From Chrysomallon squamiferum (taxonomy: Eukaryota > Animalia > Mollusca), in contig CM022670.1 of NCBI GenBank assembly GCA_012295275.1, positions 10,230,001 to 10,294,000 on the forward strand: a stretch of 64,000 nucleotides of DNA, read 5' to 3'. The notes beneath the pieces were generated by a model. That model made no database searches, was not told the DNA's origin, and was given only the letters and a program-made list of their open reading frames with translations. Both the position numbers and the translations under genes were made by a program. Below are positions 1 through 14,400 of this stretch, piece by piece. The first letter of the stretch is position 1. Each line of letters starts with the position of its first letter.

Positions 1-918
1 AGTAGAGAAAGAAAAAAAATATTATAAGAAAAAAAAAAAAAATAAAAAAATAAATAAATATAAACAAATACAACAACAACAACAACAACAATAATAAAAA
101 TAATAAAAAAATAATAAATAAATAAAAATGTGTATGCCAACATATATGAACAGATTGTAACACTCTAGAAGACACTGGTATGAATTTAAAACAACACACA
201 CCAAACACAAGCCCAAGCACACACATACATGTCATAAACACAAACACACTACATACAACACATGTGAATACACATGCTTCAACTAACAGTTAAATATCAA
301 GATACATACGATTTTTTGTAGCTGCCATGTTTGCCCTCAAATCTTTTCACTCCAAGTAAAGAAACTCTGAAATTTGAAAATTTCCTAATGAAAATATTAT
401 TTGTACTTTGACTGCACACACACACACACACACACACACAAAACACAAATATATACATATACACACACATATAAATAAAAAAATTATTAAGTTAAATACT
501 CAAACACACACATACAAACATAAAAATGAAATAAAATATAATGATAAAAAGAAACAAAGAAACTAACAAAAGTAAAAAAATATCCTACCACAGCCCCACC
601 ACCATCATTTCCCCCCACAGAAAACACACACGCCCCCTAAATATAATAGTTCAAGATTAAATGGCTTTTACCACTATTTTTAAAACAAGATATTCTGACC
701 TGTATACAGCTAGCAGAATTAACCTGGCCATTTATCAAGTCCAGATAGAGAAAACCATTGTAATCAAGACTGAAATTTGATACACACCATGTTCTTTATG
801 TTTAAAGTCCATGCCTGAGCATACCAGATACATGTGTTATCTGTGTCCAAAATAACACAGCAAACAACTGTCTACTTTCATACTTGGTCTTCTCAAGTTA
901 TTCTTATACCACATTAAT

Positions 919-950
919 GAGAGAGAGGGAGAGAGGGATAGAGAGGGAGG

Positions 951-1034
<84 letters not shown>

Positions 1035-1100
1035 ACTGACTGACATAGGAGGCAGAAAAACACCCTCAAACAAACAGAGGCAGAGAGAGAGAGAGAGAGA
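919..1100. repeat. (GA)n microsatellite cluster
   Basis: Direct observation. Confidence 0.95.
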
Positions 1101-1403
1101 GGATGAAAATCAAATACAGATACAGGGGGAGGGAGAGAGGGGGAAGGGGAGACAAAAAGAGTGAAAAATAGAAAGGGTGATAATATAGACAGATAATGAA
1201 CAACAGAAACACAGTTTATATTTTATAACTGAATCTAGACTATCATTATGCTGGATATAATATACCTGTAGATAATAACTGTGGAAAGACTTGAAAATCT
1301 GCCTTTTTGTTGCCTTTCTATTTTAAGGAAACATAATATTTAAATTATTCATGTAAATGTATATTTAGTTTAAATTTGTAAATTGTATTGCTTGTTTTCA
1401 TAG

Positions 1404-1435
<32 letters not shown>

Positions 1436-2939
1436 AAATAAAATAAAATATAAAATAATAAAAATAAAATAAGATTATAACAACAACAACAATATAATAA
1501 AACTCTGCAAACTATTCAGGTTTTGGGTAAATTAACTAGAACACAGTGGTCTATGGCATTATTGGCAAGTCATCTTACTGGAGTGTTTTTAATACAACAA
1601 AGAGCCTAAATATAGTTTGAACACTTTACAGCGATTAATACGGTGGCTACCATTTTCATCATTCACAGGAAACATTTTCATTAAGAGAAAAATTTATGCT
1701 GCTTTATACTGAGGACATAACACTGCAATGATCTGTCAGTCAGGATTTATTTTACTCATTAAATTTTTTATTTTTTAAATTTTTTACCAATGTTCGTATA
1801 AAAATGTAGAATAAAATAAATAAGACATTTTGACTCTGACTTTAAATTTCAGTGATATAAACATATTTTAAATAACCAATATACATAAAATAAAACAGAA
1901 CCCTGATTACACAAATGCATAACAATGTGAAAATGAGATGGTTTGTTTTATTTAAATTTTATAAAAAAAATGTATCTTTCCTCTTTATTTTATTTTATTT
2001 TATTTTAATTATTTATTATTATTATCATTTTTTTTTTATATAATATACCGCCTTATTTTCTGCAGTCAAAAGATTCTAAACAGTTATATATTTTTTCATT
2101 TGTTTAAACTCTTATTAACCTTATCTTTATAATGGCCCCCTACATATAATGCAATTAATTGTTATGCCAGGATTTTGCTGTAATTAGATAAGAAAAAAAA
2201 GAAAAAAATTCATATTTTAATATTATGTTTTAATAACTACGTAATTAAGCCTTTAACACAAAGGTCAGCCAATTTGTTTCCTAATTTATGGTGAATAACC
2301 TATTTAGCTATTTTATAATTTACTTGCCAATTATTTGAACTGTCCTGTTCTTTAATAACTGTAATATAAAAAAAAAAATAAAAAAAAAAAAAAAAAAAAA
2401 TAAATAAATAATGATGATGATGATGATAATAATAATAATCATAATAATAAACATAACCCATCTTTCTTTTTTTCTATTTTCTTTTTTTAAATAAAAATTA
2501 TCTATGTCAATAAATCAGAATAGATTAAAAAATATATTGATAATAATGATGAACTGCCTAAGTTAGTTAACAGTGTATGATCTCTGGAAAAACCTTAGAT
2601 AAATACCTTCTTTTTTAATATTATTAATATTATTATTATTATTTCAATGCTTAATTTTTTAAAAACGAAAAAAATAATAATGAAAAGAATGATAAAAAAA
2701 AAAAAAAAAATAATAAAACAGTGTGTTACATTGCTACTGTTAACAACAGAAATTAATAATCTAAATAAATAATTAGTACAATAAAGTTATACACAAAGTA
2801 ACATATTGTAAGTCTTTCAAGCACAGTGAAACAACATGTATTATTTTACCTTTGTGTTCAAAGGTTTATTTGTCTGTCTAAAACGGTTTAGTAGCAGGTT
2901 ACAGAATACTATATGGAAATGATTAAATATGCAGCAAGG

Positions 2940-2987
<48 letters not shown>

Positions 2988-4781
2988 AATTATGGTTTTT
3001 ATCTTGATCTTTTAATACAAACACAAAAACATGAACACACACATATACACATACACACATACAAATATATGCAAACACAGAAACATAAATATACAAAAAT
3101 TACTTTAAAACTGTTCAGTCTAAATTCATCAGTGTAGACATTAGATCTGCAAAATTATTTCTGTGTTGTCAGCAACATTTACATGTACATTAGATGATGA
3201 CAGACAGACCGACAGACTTGATGACAGAAATCTTGGTGCACTTATTCAGGTGTTGTCACATAATGTTCACACTAAATCATGTGAGGTAAGACAGTTTTGC
3301 TATGCTGTCAGCACATTTATTCATTTTACTTCGTATTCAAAATATTTTATGAAACCTCAATAACAGAAAAGATTAAAAAAAAACAGCAACAACAAGAAAA
3401 CTAACAAAATAAATAAATAAATAAATGATATTAAAAAATAATAATAAAAAATAAAGTAAATAAAAATGTATTGCGTCATGTAAATTAAAATATTAATTTT
3501 TAAGGTAGATTAAATAAAAAGAAGTTATATTATTCATGATTTAACTCCATCTTAAAAGTTTATATAATATTAATAAGACAGTAAAGTGCATGTTAAATTA
3601 AATATTAATTACACAGTGAATTCAGTATTACTTATATAGCTAATTAAATACTAATTATACATTTCATTAAATTATAATATATATTAATTTTAGTATTAAT
3701 TGTGGCTAACCTGTAGTTTATGTACTAAGAGATGCAGTAGTGTTAATCTGAATTATAAAATTTGTACTGGATTATTCTGATATATATAATTTCTTTCCTT
3801 CTTTTTTTTTTAAAACTAACTATATAAAATTATAAACACATACATAAATACATATATACATGCATGTTTCTATTATCCCTGTATATTCATAAACATATAC
3901 AACATATTGTATATGTGTGTGTATTAATAATCAAAAAAAAACAAAAAAAAAAAAAATAATGTATATTGTAAATGTATGTGTATACACTTGTGTATGTATG
4001 AATGAGTATGTATGAATGTATGTACTTACATCTTAGTTTTCTATCTCTGAAGTGTCAGTATGACAGTACTTGTTTTAACACCACAGGTATCAGCAGGTAT
4101 TTGTATTGCAGCCTTTGATGTAAGTACACACATTCCAGGTAAACGAACATCTCAACAGGCTAACACAAATGTTTGTCATGTGTCTGATAATACTTCAAAC
4201 ACCGGTCATCACGGTTATTTTAATTAACATTTAAGTAGATGATATAAAAATTTTTTTTTAATGTCCACAAGGTGAAAAACACCCATTGACTGACACAACT
4301 GATTTTGTTGTTTTGTTTGTTTTGATGTGTCTGTATTATGTGTGCTTGTTAAATGAACAGATACAAGATGCAAATTATTATTATTTTTTTTTTTTTTATC
4401 TCTTTGTTTAATTATGCTGTGTGACAGAAAGCCTGATTTTTCAGTTACAAGGATAATGATATTTATTTTTATATAATTAAAAAAATATATATATTTTTTT
4501 TTCCTTCAGACAGAAAAGACAACATGGCACAGGATAAACCAGAAGTGAAAATAACTCCCAAATATTTAATTATGCATTAGCAGTGCATTAACAGATCTAA
4601 TCATATTTGTTATTGTTTTACTTGTAACAGCTTATATTCAGTGTGTTATAATTTCAATAAATAATAATAATAATGATGATGATGATGATGATGATGATGA
4701 CAACAACAACAAAAACGACAACAAAATATAAAAAAAATAAAATAAAATAAAATAAAATAAAACAAATAATGCTGCACATAC

Positions 4782-4851
4782 CTTTTCTGCACTGTGGTTT
4801 TCTATGAGGAAGTTTTGCTTGTTAGTTTGTTTTACTGTATCATACTGCACT
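4782..4851 (-). other. Candidate 70-nt internal exon of the leftward gene
   Basis: Flanked by cctgttttcag| and AAG|GTATGT. One frame is open (VQYDTVKQTNKQNFLIENHSAEK). No recognisable homology. Confidence 0.3.
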
Positions 4852-6912
4852 CTGAAAACAGGAAATATGCTTTTAAACATCCCTTTGTAAAAAAAATATT
4901 AATGAAATAAAATTTAAAAAAAAAAAAAATAAATAATCATTTTAAAAAAAAGAAAAAAAAAGAAAAAAAAATCTATAGTTTTAAAGTAGATGAAAATTAG
5001 AAACTGAATTATCATAAACTATTTTATACATTTCTGTTGGCAAAATATAAAAATTAATTCTAAAATTATATTATATGCTGTTATTGACAGTCAGAATTTA
5101 GATAATGGATATTCTTAATTCTGAAACTTTGCTATAATTTTTTTTTCTAGTAGTTTGTTACAGTTAACTAAATAAAGCTATTCTAAACTTGGAAGCATAT
5201 TAAAATAACTTAAAAAGCAAAAAAAAAAAATTCTGAAATTACATTACTGTTTGTTTTACTGTTTTTGCTAATAATTAAATAATGTATTTTCTAATGTAAA
5301 TGTATTACTTGTTTCACTGCTAGGTTTTTTTTTTATTAATTCTAAAGTATTTTGAACTATGAAACACATCAAAACATCAATAATGTTAGGAATTACAAAT
5401 GTAGAAAATTGGAATACAATTTTATATATGAAAAAAAAAAAAAAAATTCAGAAAAATTATTTAAAATACACAGCTTGAATATACATTTCTGAATTTCTGC
5501 TGTCTTACAAAAGAAAAAAGAAAAACAACAACAACAATAAAGAAAACCCAGTACACACAGTTTTTAATAATACTGTTATGACACTGAAATAAACTGGTTA
5601 ATCTAAAATGCATACTAATCTTTTCTCTTGATGCAAGCTTTACATTCACCTGGATTAGTAATAAGAAGTAAATCACCTATGGAGTGTTACTGGTGTTTAG
5701 ACATACTGGAATATATTGCCAAGTGCAAAGTCTAGACCATCTTCAGTCATTTTATTTCATTTTTTAAAATTTAAATACTGAATATATGAACTGACATGCA
5801 TACAGTTTTATGTATCTGTGTGCAGACATATATATATACATATACACACAAACCCACACAGGCACAAACATACAGACACATGCATACATACACAGACACA
5901 CATTCTTACACACACAGTTAAGTATTGCAGCAATGACTGTGTGCACTATTCATAAATTCTTTAAGATTTTTGCCATTTTACTATTTAAATTCACCTTTAT
6001 ATAATTTAATGAAGATTCTTAAAGAAGACTGATAAATCAAACAACCAAATATTTTGCTAACTTTTCTGAAAGTTCTAAAAATTCAGGATTCTAAAAGGAA
6101 GCTATATAACAAAATAAACTGAATTATATATTTTATACACAATGGAATCATTTGAAAATAACAGAAATAAATAAATAAATAAATAATAATTATAGTAATA
6201 ACAACAACAATAATAAATAAATAAATATGAAATAATAAATTAGAAAACATTATTAATTTAATAGTTAACTGTTACAATAATAAATAGAAAAAAATGATAT
6301 AAAATAATTTAATGTAAAATGTATTTTCTGTTATGTCTGAAAAACCCAGAGAAAGAACATTATTAAACAGTACATAATTACTGAAACAGGCCAATATAAT
6401 TTTAATTAATAAAATGTTAATATTCTAAATTTTATATTACAGACGCAATTAATCTTCCAGTAAATGAAAAGTGTCTCTTCGACTCTGGACACAAAATGAA
6501 AAATAGAAGGGGGCGTTACATTTGACACACCCCTTATCAACCTTTCACGCTTTATTAGTTTCTTTGTTTATTATTACAAGTTCAAGTAATTATTTTCTTT
6601 ATAAAGCTTCTGCTTGCAACACAAATCTAATTACAGTTACTGATAGGCACTTCATATTGTCACTCTTCACCAAAATATATATACAGTGAAAACATCAGGT
6701 GATTGATATTGAAAGTCTTTTTAAGGAATGGTCGCATTTGGCTGATCGCTACAGACATGTTACAAGGGTATTAGGGTTAATTGCAACTTACTGATAGTTT
6801 CCTTAAAAGTTGTAAGTCCAGCAAAAATTCCTGGTCGTTCAGATAATAGCCAGAATGAAGAGCACTGACATCTAGCGTTAATCTTCTTAATTAAATGTAC
6901 TCAACGCCTCAC

Positions 6913-7150
6913 CTATCAAACTGCAAATAACTCCTACAGTCGCAGAACACTGGATGCCGCAGTTTGACCTTTGACACAACTTCGTGTTAAGTCGATTATT
7001 TCCGGTCCGTCTTAAACGGGACTCGATAGGCGCTTCGTTTAACTTTGTAAAAGTGAAATGATTGCTGGAATAATAAGCGAAAGTGAACGAAAATATACCA
7101 TTATTTATTTTTGTGAAGTGTTTACTCATTACTTCAGATCGCACGTGCAT
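6913..7150 (-). promoter_or_regulatory. CpG-enriched promoter region with probable non-coding first exon of an unidentified gene divergent from GPLD1
   Basis: Local CpG enrichment at 6900-7150 in a CpG-poor background. ETS-type motif ATTTCCGGT (~6998-7006), E-box GCACGTGC (7141-7148), and a minus-strand donor ATAG|GTGAGG at 6913/6912. The region lies ~0.8-0.9 kb upstream of the GPLD1 ATG. Confidence 0.5.
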
Positions 7151-7866
7151 TACATTTAAACAAATTAAACGTTTAACTAACCAAATAAATATTAAGTTAT
7201 TATTTAATATTTTATATAATGTGCTTAGAATACAGTAAGATTTATTTAACATAATTTACTACCGAAAATATAAGGGGAAAAAAAAAAAAAAAAAAAAAAA
7301 AAGCTGAAGAAACCCGCATATATATTGTTTTATTACAGGTAATAGTGATCTAGATAATTCAGTTTTAATTACCACATACAGGTGTAATTATCATTGAATA
7401 TATCCGAATTTGTTTTACATCCTGCGCACATCTGTAATAATAATAAAAAAAATTCACATAAGGAATAAATAACATAACATAAAAGTCTCTAAAATGTATT
7501 AAATAAAGCCACAGTAAAGAATATATATAACTTGATTTTAATGCAAAAATAACTTCATCAACATCAACAACAGAAAAAAAGAAAAAAAAGAGATAATCCT
7601 ATCAGAATGTAGATCTAGGTCCTTAGTGAATATTCTGTTAAAATATAAAACGAATAAATGAATGAAGATATTTAAGAACAAACCCTCCTCCAAAAAAAAA
7701 AAAAAAAAAAAAAAAAACAAAACCCCCGAAAACCCCCACAAATAACCCATTGTAATTCTTTTGGCACGAATTTGTAACAAACTCAGACATTCACTGATTG
7801 AACTGATATTGTAGTTCCCGATGCAAAGAGTATTGCCTTAGTTGATAGAGTTGTAGTAATTTAATA

Positions 7867-9001
7867 ATGTTTTTGTACCACTCTTTGTCATGTGCTATTT
7901 TTTTGGTTTGTTATTTCATCACATCCGTAAGAAATTGTGGTTTGTCAACTCACATTGAAATAAGTAAGTCGGTTTAAATTAATAAACCAGGTTACAATAA
8001 TTATGTACAGCTACACGCCAAAATAATTTCTTTATTTCGAATAGAATTCGGTACATGGTCTGAAAGAATAGCATACTTATTTTTGATCGCTGAATTAAAA
8101 AAAAAAAAAAAAAAAAAAAAATAAAAAATAAAAATAAAAATAAAAAATAGAAGAGAGGAAAAAAAAAAAGAAAATGAAAACAAATATGCCAAATGCAGTT
8201 GACTTAACTATTAGTAATGACTTTCCAAAATAATATTGTTTTAATATGATAAATATTTAAAATTGAGTTAAAAATACATCAAGAAAGAAGAAAAAATAAT
8301 GGTAATGATTCTGGTGTCAAAATTACCAAAAGTAATGTGCACTTTTATTTCAAAGCAGGAGATTGAACAGTTTTTAACATTTTTATATTAAATACAATTT
8401 AATTATTATTATTATTATTATTTTAAAATTATTTTAAAAAAAATTATTTAAAAAATATATAAAACAAAATAATGAATATCTTAATAATTTATTTCAGGTC
8501 ACAGAGCTATTGAACATTTTAAAAGTTTTTCTGTTCTTTATGATTTTCAAAAGGTAATTATTATTAATCATATTTTGTGGTTTAATGTTTTGTTTTTGTC
8601 TTTTTTCTTATTTTTGTTTTTCTTATTATTTTTTTGTTGTTGAAATAGGCAATTGAGATAAATGTCCAGATATGTAAAACAAACTTTAATTTCTCTTAAT
8701 TCACATTTACAAATAAGAAGAGATTATTTCAGGTGTTACAAACATTATAATAATTAATAATTAATTAATCTACTATATTGCACTTTACATTATAATGATG
8801 ACTTACATTTGATGTTTTGTTTAAGTTACTGCTGAAACACCAAGATGCATTTCAAGCAGGATCTCCTTATCCAGATGCATATTATGATGATATTTGTGCG
8901 GGAGGTCAGTACATTTTTCTTTATAAACTGTAATTATTTTCATGTTTCATATTTTATATTTCTTGATCTGTGTGGTTAATTCTTGTCTCTTTGGCTACTT
9001 A

Positions 9002-9088
<87 letters not shown>

Positions 9089-11407
9089 CTCTGTCTGTCT
9101 GTATTATTCTGTGTCTGTGTCTGCATCTCTGTCTCTCTGTTCTCCTTATTTGTCTTCCATCTTTATTTATTTCAGGTGTTTATCACAATGTATCAGAAGA
9201 TACACACTGGACCCCTTTTATAAATGCCACAGTAAACTACATTCACAAACATTATCCTTTGCCATGGAATGAAGTGAGTGGGTTTGCTTTATGATGAATG
9301 TTCTGAATTTGTATAAAATTGTGTTATCTGAATTATTTTCAAACGCAGTTAAAGTCTCATTAGATACTTGGTACAGGAAATACACTTACACAAAATCATG
9401 ATCTTAGGCTCACAATGGTTTTTTGAGTTTTTACATTTTGAGCTTATCTATGATGGTAAATGCATTTCCTTTGTTGAGTTTTTCAATGCACATAAATCTA
9501 CAAATTTGTGACCTTGATATTGAATATTTTGGGACTGTTGAGTTAGGCAAATATTCATATCAATTATGTCACTTTGATGTTTCCAAATCCATAACTTTTA
9601 TTGTAGCAAAGATTTGATAACTTCAACATTAGGATTAATGAACAATTCTAAGCAAACTTCAATAACATCTTTCATCAGGGGGTACAGAAAAGTCCTTAAA
9701 AGGCATCACTAACATTTTAAATTCATGTTTCTTATTCTTCTGTCAGAAGTGTTAGATAACGTAACATTTTTACCCTTAAAAATAAAAAAACAAAAACAAA
9801 AAAACCCGAAACATTATGGCTGCATAAAGTTTTGGTTAGCTTGAAAGTCATTTTTTTTTTTTTTTTTTTTTCTGAATTGCTCTGCATGGTGATACTTATT
9901 CTGCATACTTTAATTTCAGGCCACAGAAAAGTTAGTGGTGTTTGTACTTGGTTTTGTATCACATCAGGTGGCCGATATCTTGTGGCACAATCTTGGAATT
10001 CAGCAGGGTTTTTTACAGACGATGGCAGATGTAAGTTGAAAATCTGTTCTTACATGTATTATTATGAAGGGCTTTAGAGTGAAAAAAAACACAACAACAG
10101 TCTAAAAATAATTTACTTATTGATAATGAAAGTGAATAAACAGTGGCATACCTGAGGTATAAAAATTATGGCTTGTGTTCTTTTGTTCCACTTGAATGGG
10201 GTGGGGGGGGGGGGCACAACTGAGCACATTCTGTTGAACTTGACTTATATTTTTGAGCTGAGTTTATGGTAAAATTATCCAAAAGATACGTGTTGGATGT
10301 TTGGAAGGGGGGGAGCAGTTTTAGTGTTTGCAACAGGCACTATTTTCTGTAGATACATGAATAAAGAAAAATGAAAAATCAAGGTAAAATGCCTTTATTT
10401 TTTTTCAGATATTGTGAAGATTTAAGATGGTACTGTAGTACATGAGATAACCTAGTAGGAACATTCTCTTAATAATCATCAAAACTTTATAAAAATTGTT
10501 GCTGAATTAGAACCATACATTAAAATAGGCATCCAACTATCCTTTTTCTGCAGATACTCACATACCTATTCACCGTTTAATAATGCATAGTTATTTGCTG
10601 TTTGTAAATGAGATTGTGTGTTACCATAATTAAATGATGTTGTAAATTGTTTTTCACATAATTATTATAGGTTAACTTTCATGGAATGTTTGAGAAAGCT
10701 CACAGTGTAGGTGATTTTGGTAAGTTGGTGATACAAATTCTTTGATTTGTTTATCAAATTAACCATCACACAAACTGTAAATGTATAGAATAGGAAACCT
10801 TCCAAATAATATGTTTGGACTGCCTTATGTTGCACAACGGCTATATAAATTTTGTTTCAGTAAAAACTCCAGATAGAATGTATTTAATACAAAATTATAA
10901 AATAGAACAACATAATCTGAAAAGAAAGAGATACATATAACAAAAGTGGTTATGGAAGGTATATGTTTTCATACTGATTGGAGTTTATGACTAGTATACC
11001 TCTGGTTTTTTTTTTTCATTTTTTACAGGTGGAGATGTTTTGACTTTGTTTAATCTAAACATGAGTTATATGGGTGAAGTGTCTCACTGGTAAGTTTCCA
11101 TACTTGTTGTATGTATTTGAAGTTAATATTTTATCTGTGTGTTAGTATTGCATTTGAACTTTTGTTAATGAATTATATCATAATATCTATATCTATATTT
11201 ATATATAATGATATATTTACAAACATAGTCAAGAACACACACACACACACACAGACACTATCATTATATGTCTGTGTGATACATGACTTTGGATCGTATA
11301 GTGACAGATATTGATAAAACCAATCAGTGACAGATATTGATAAAACCAATCAGTGACAGAACAGTCTAACTGTCATTATGAATTACTTTGTCATTATTAC
11401 TTTTATT

Positions 11408-11452
<45 letters not shown>

Positions 11453-14400
11453 TTATCTCAAATCAGTGTTGTGTGAATTAGATGACATTTGTTCTAACTC
11501 TTTCACCCACATTTGTGAATGACACTTTCAAACTAAAACATACATTTTTAAATCATAATCAGGTATGTGCCCACAGAAGATCTGTACAACATCTACTTAG
11601 AAATGTATGGCTCAGAAAAACTGCCCATCAACATTATCCAAGAATGTACTGAGCTATTGTTCCTTGAAAGGTAAATGATTTGAGATTTATATTAATTAGA
11701 GTATTGCTTTGTGGGTGACACTAATACTGTATTGAACAGGGGTTTTCACTGTGGCCTGCATACAGATTTCTCATCAGTTGAAGTGATCTTAGGACAGTTA
11801 TGTTAGTCTCTGGATAGTTCTGTTTGCTCTGTGATAGCTATATTTGTTCCAGGACAGCTTTATTATTATCCCTGGGAAACAGCTCTGTTGGTTCTGTTTG
11901 CAGACTGTTGCAAATTATTGATTACATGACAGTTATTTAAGGCAGGGTATGATACAAAATAAAGAATTTATTTTATCTGAGTTCCATATTATTCCTTTTG
12001 TATGTGTTTTAAAAAAAAAAAATTAAAGGGATGAAGGAATTTTATATTTCTTTGGTTTTACTTTTAGCAGATAGCTTTAAATCATCAGAAAAAAAATTGA
12101 AACATGATGATGTAACTTTGTGTATTTTCTTTTAAACTGTTTATTTTCTATTTATTTTTTCTTTTTTTTCTTTTTACCTCTCTCCAAAGACTTGGTGAAG
12201 TGCTTGGATTATCAAAGGTAAGTTTAAAAATGTTAACATTTATAATTCATCTGTTATTTTCTCCATAGAAACCTACAAAATGTGTTAAGAGTTAGTACCA
12301 AGTTTTATTTCAGTTTATGTTCAGATTTGTTGTTATTTCTTTCTTCAGCTTTTTTCTTACATTTCTGAGAAGAGTCCATTTCTTCTTGATCAACTCGATG
12401 ACTTCTTTGTTGGAGGAATAGATGACATGGCTGCATGGACACAGATTATTTGGAAGGATGTCATACACATGCTTGAACACAGCAAAAAGTAAGAATTTCA
12501 GTACAAAGAGTGATTTGAAGTAAGCACAACTGCATTATTTATGATAAGAATAATGGTATTTAGTATACTTTATAAATGTCTGGAGTTGCAGTAATTTTGG
12601 ATAAACATTATTATTGTCATAAACTGGTTAAGAATGATTGTATTCACAATAATTTTGGATAGGAATGAGTGTTTTAATAACAGTTTTGAATAGGAACGAC
12701 AGCTTTCAGAAGTGTTTTGTAAATTTCAGTTTGTTGATCTACAAACCATTAATTCTTCTTTCAAATTGTTTGTTTTAATCTTACTTAAGGGGCTGTAATC
12801 TTCCCTACAATCCTTTATTCATCAACTGCACCCCAGGACACATGGTGAAACCTAAGGACACTTTCAGAAATGCTAGAAAAGAAGGTATCTTCCACACAGT
12901 GATGCTGGATGGTCTTTCAGCTGGAGACATTGTGGTGGAAAAGGCTTACAGGGGTATCGTCATCAAAGCAAAGCCACACATTCAGGTGTCATTTTATTTC
13001 ATTACTTTTACAGTATACTTGTGTTGGTCCAAAGAAAGTTTGCATATAATTAAAATTTCAACAGAATCATGGTTTCAAAAAATGTAATGTTATAAAATAA
13101 ATAAAACGATGATATTAACACATATATGTTAAAGTTAATTTATAGTTAAGGGGCATTTACCAAAATAGAGGTTCTTCAATAAAAATTACTTCCTTAAAAT
13201 TTTTTGAGATATGTCTAAAAATGTCTTTAAACATTAAAAGACTTGTATGTTTAAAATTCAAAGATAAAAATTGTTGAAATTGAATTTGTTTTTTCACTTA
13301 TTAAATAGAAAATGTTAAGTTTGCCCAAAAAACAGAAAACTGACTTATGGAAAAAATTATCGCTGAAGAAAGAAGCCAAAGGAAAGCAATTTTATCCAAC
13401 TGGCATTTATACAGAGAGAGAAAAATATGCCAAATTAGGATGGTATTAATCTTTTTATTGTGTTTGATGTTTTTATCATGTCATCATTGTCGTGGGTAAC
13501 TATTTAACAATGTGAATAAATAAATATTTGTTGAATATTTGCTCAACTCATTTTAGTATTAAGTAGTTATTAGGTGTTAATCTTGTGTCACTGTATTGGC
13601 TTTCTGTTGTTGATTAGCAGTAATGTATCTGTTATATATTCCTTAAAGAAACCTTCACAACTTTTGATAAATTTACTGTCTGGAATGAAAAATGTAATCT
13701 TATTTAACTAATAAGAATATTAATTTCCAAATGGCAGGACTTCTGTTACAAGCATTAAGGGAATGATTATTTACTATTGGATAACTATTAAGAATATGTT
13801 AATTTTCTTAATGGTAGAGTTCACATACTATTGTTATTAATATAATTAGGCTGCAAATGTAAATGTTATGTTATTTATAACGATGTAAAATAATTTTTGA
13901 AGGTTGTTGGCTGTTGGTGATTTAAACCATGATGGATTTGATGATCTTGCTATTGGTGCACCAGGACATGGAAGTAATGTCAGTTCACAGGATGGAAGAG
14001 TTTACATTGTGTATGGTAAATGTTGTAATATACTTACACATTAAACTTAAGGTTAGCCTGAGAAATTAGTAAAGAAAATGTAATATTGATTACATTATTT
14101 GTTTTTGTGTTTTATAGAAATTGTGAACTGGTTGATTTAAAAAAAAAGATTAAACATAACTGGTGTATTTATATTGCAGTTTCTTTTTATAATACTATAA
14201 ATATTTTCTGTTTGTACAACATAGTTGTTGTTTATGAGGACATTTCTTGCCTTATTGTAAATTATTTTAATATGTTTAGTTTCAATACATTAATATTTCT
14301 ATTCATCATCATAACTGTATAAATTAATTATTATTATGGATACCGTTCTTGCTTTAATGTAAATTAATTTAATATGTTGAATTGATATTCAACATTATAT

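Noticed and set aside
22-6004. Short ORFs rich in poly-C/F/L, SLSL and HTHT
   Set aside because: They are translations of (CAA), (GA), (CA) and poly-A tracts, with no splice-consistent gene model.
6887-7252. 121-aa minus-strand ORF
   Set aside because: It overlaps a promoter-like patch and reads through a likely splice donor, with no recognisable domain.
11300-11360. 26-bp direct repeats as a possible CRISPR-like array
   Set aside because: The repeats are adjacent with no spacers, there are only ~2 copies, and they lie in a eukaryotic intron.
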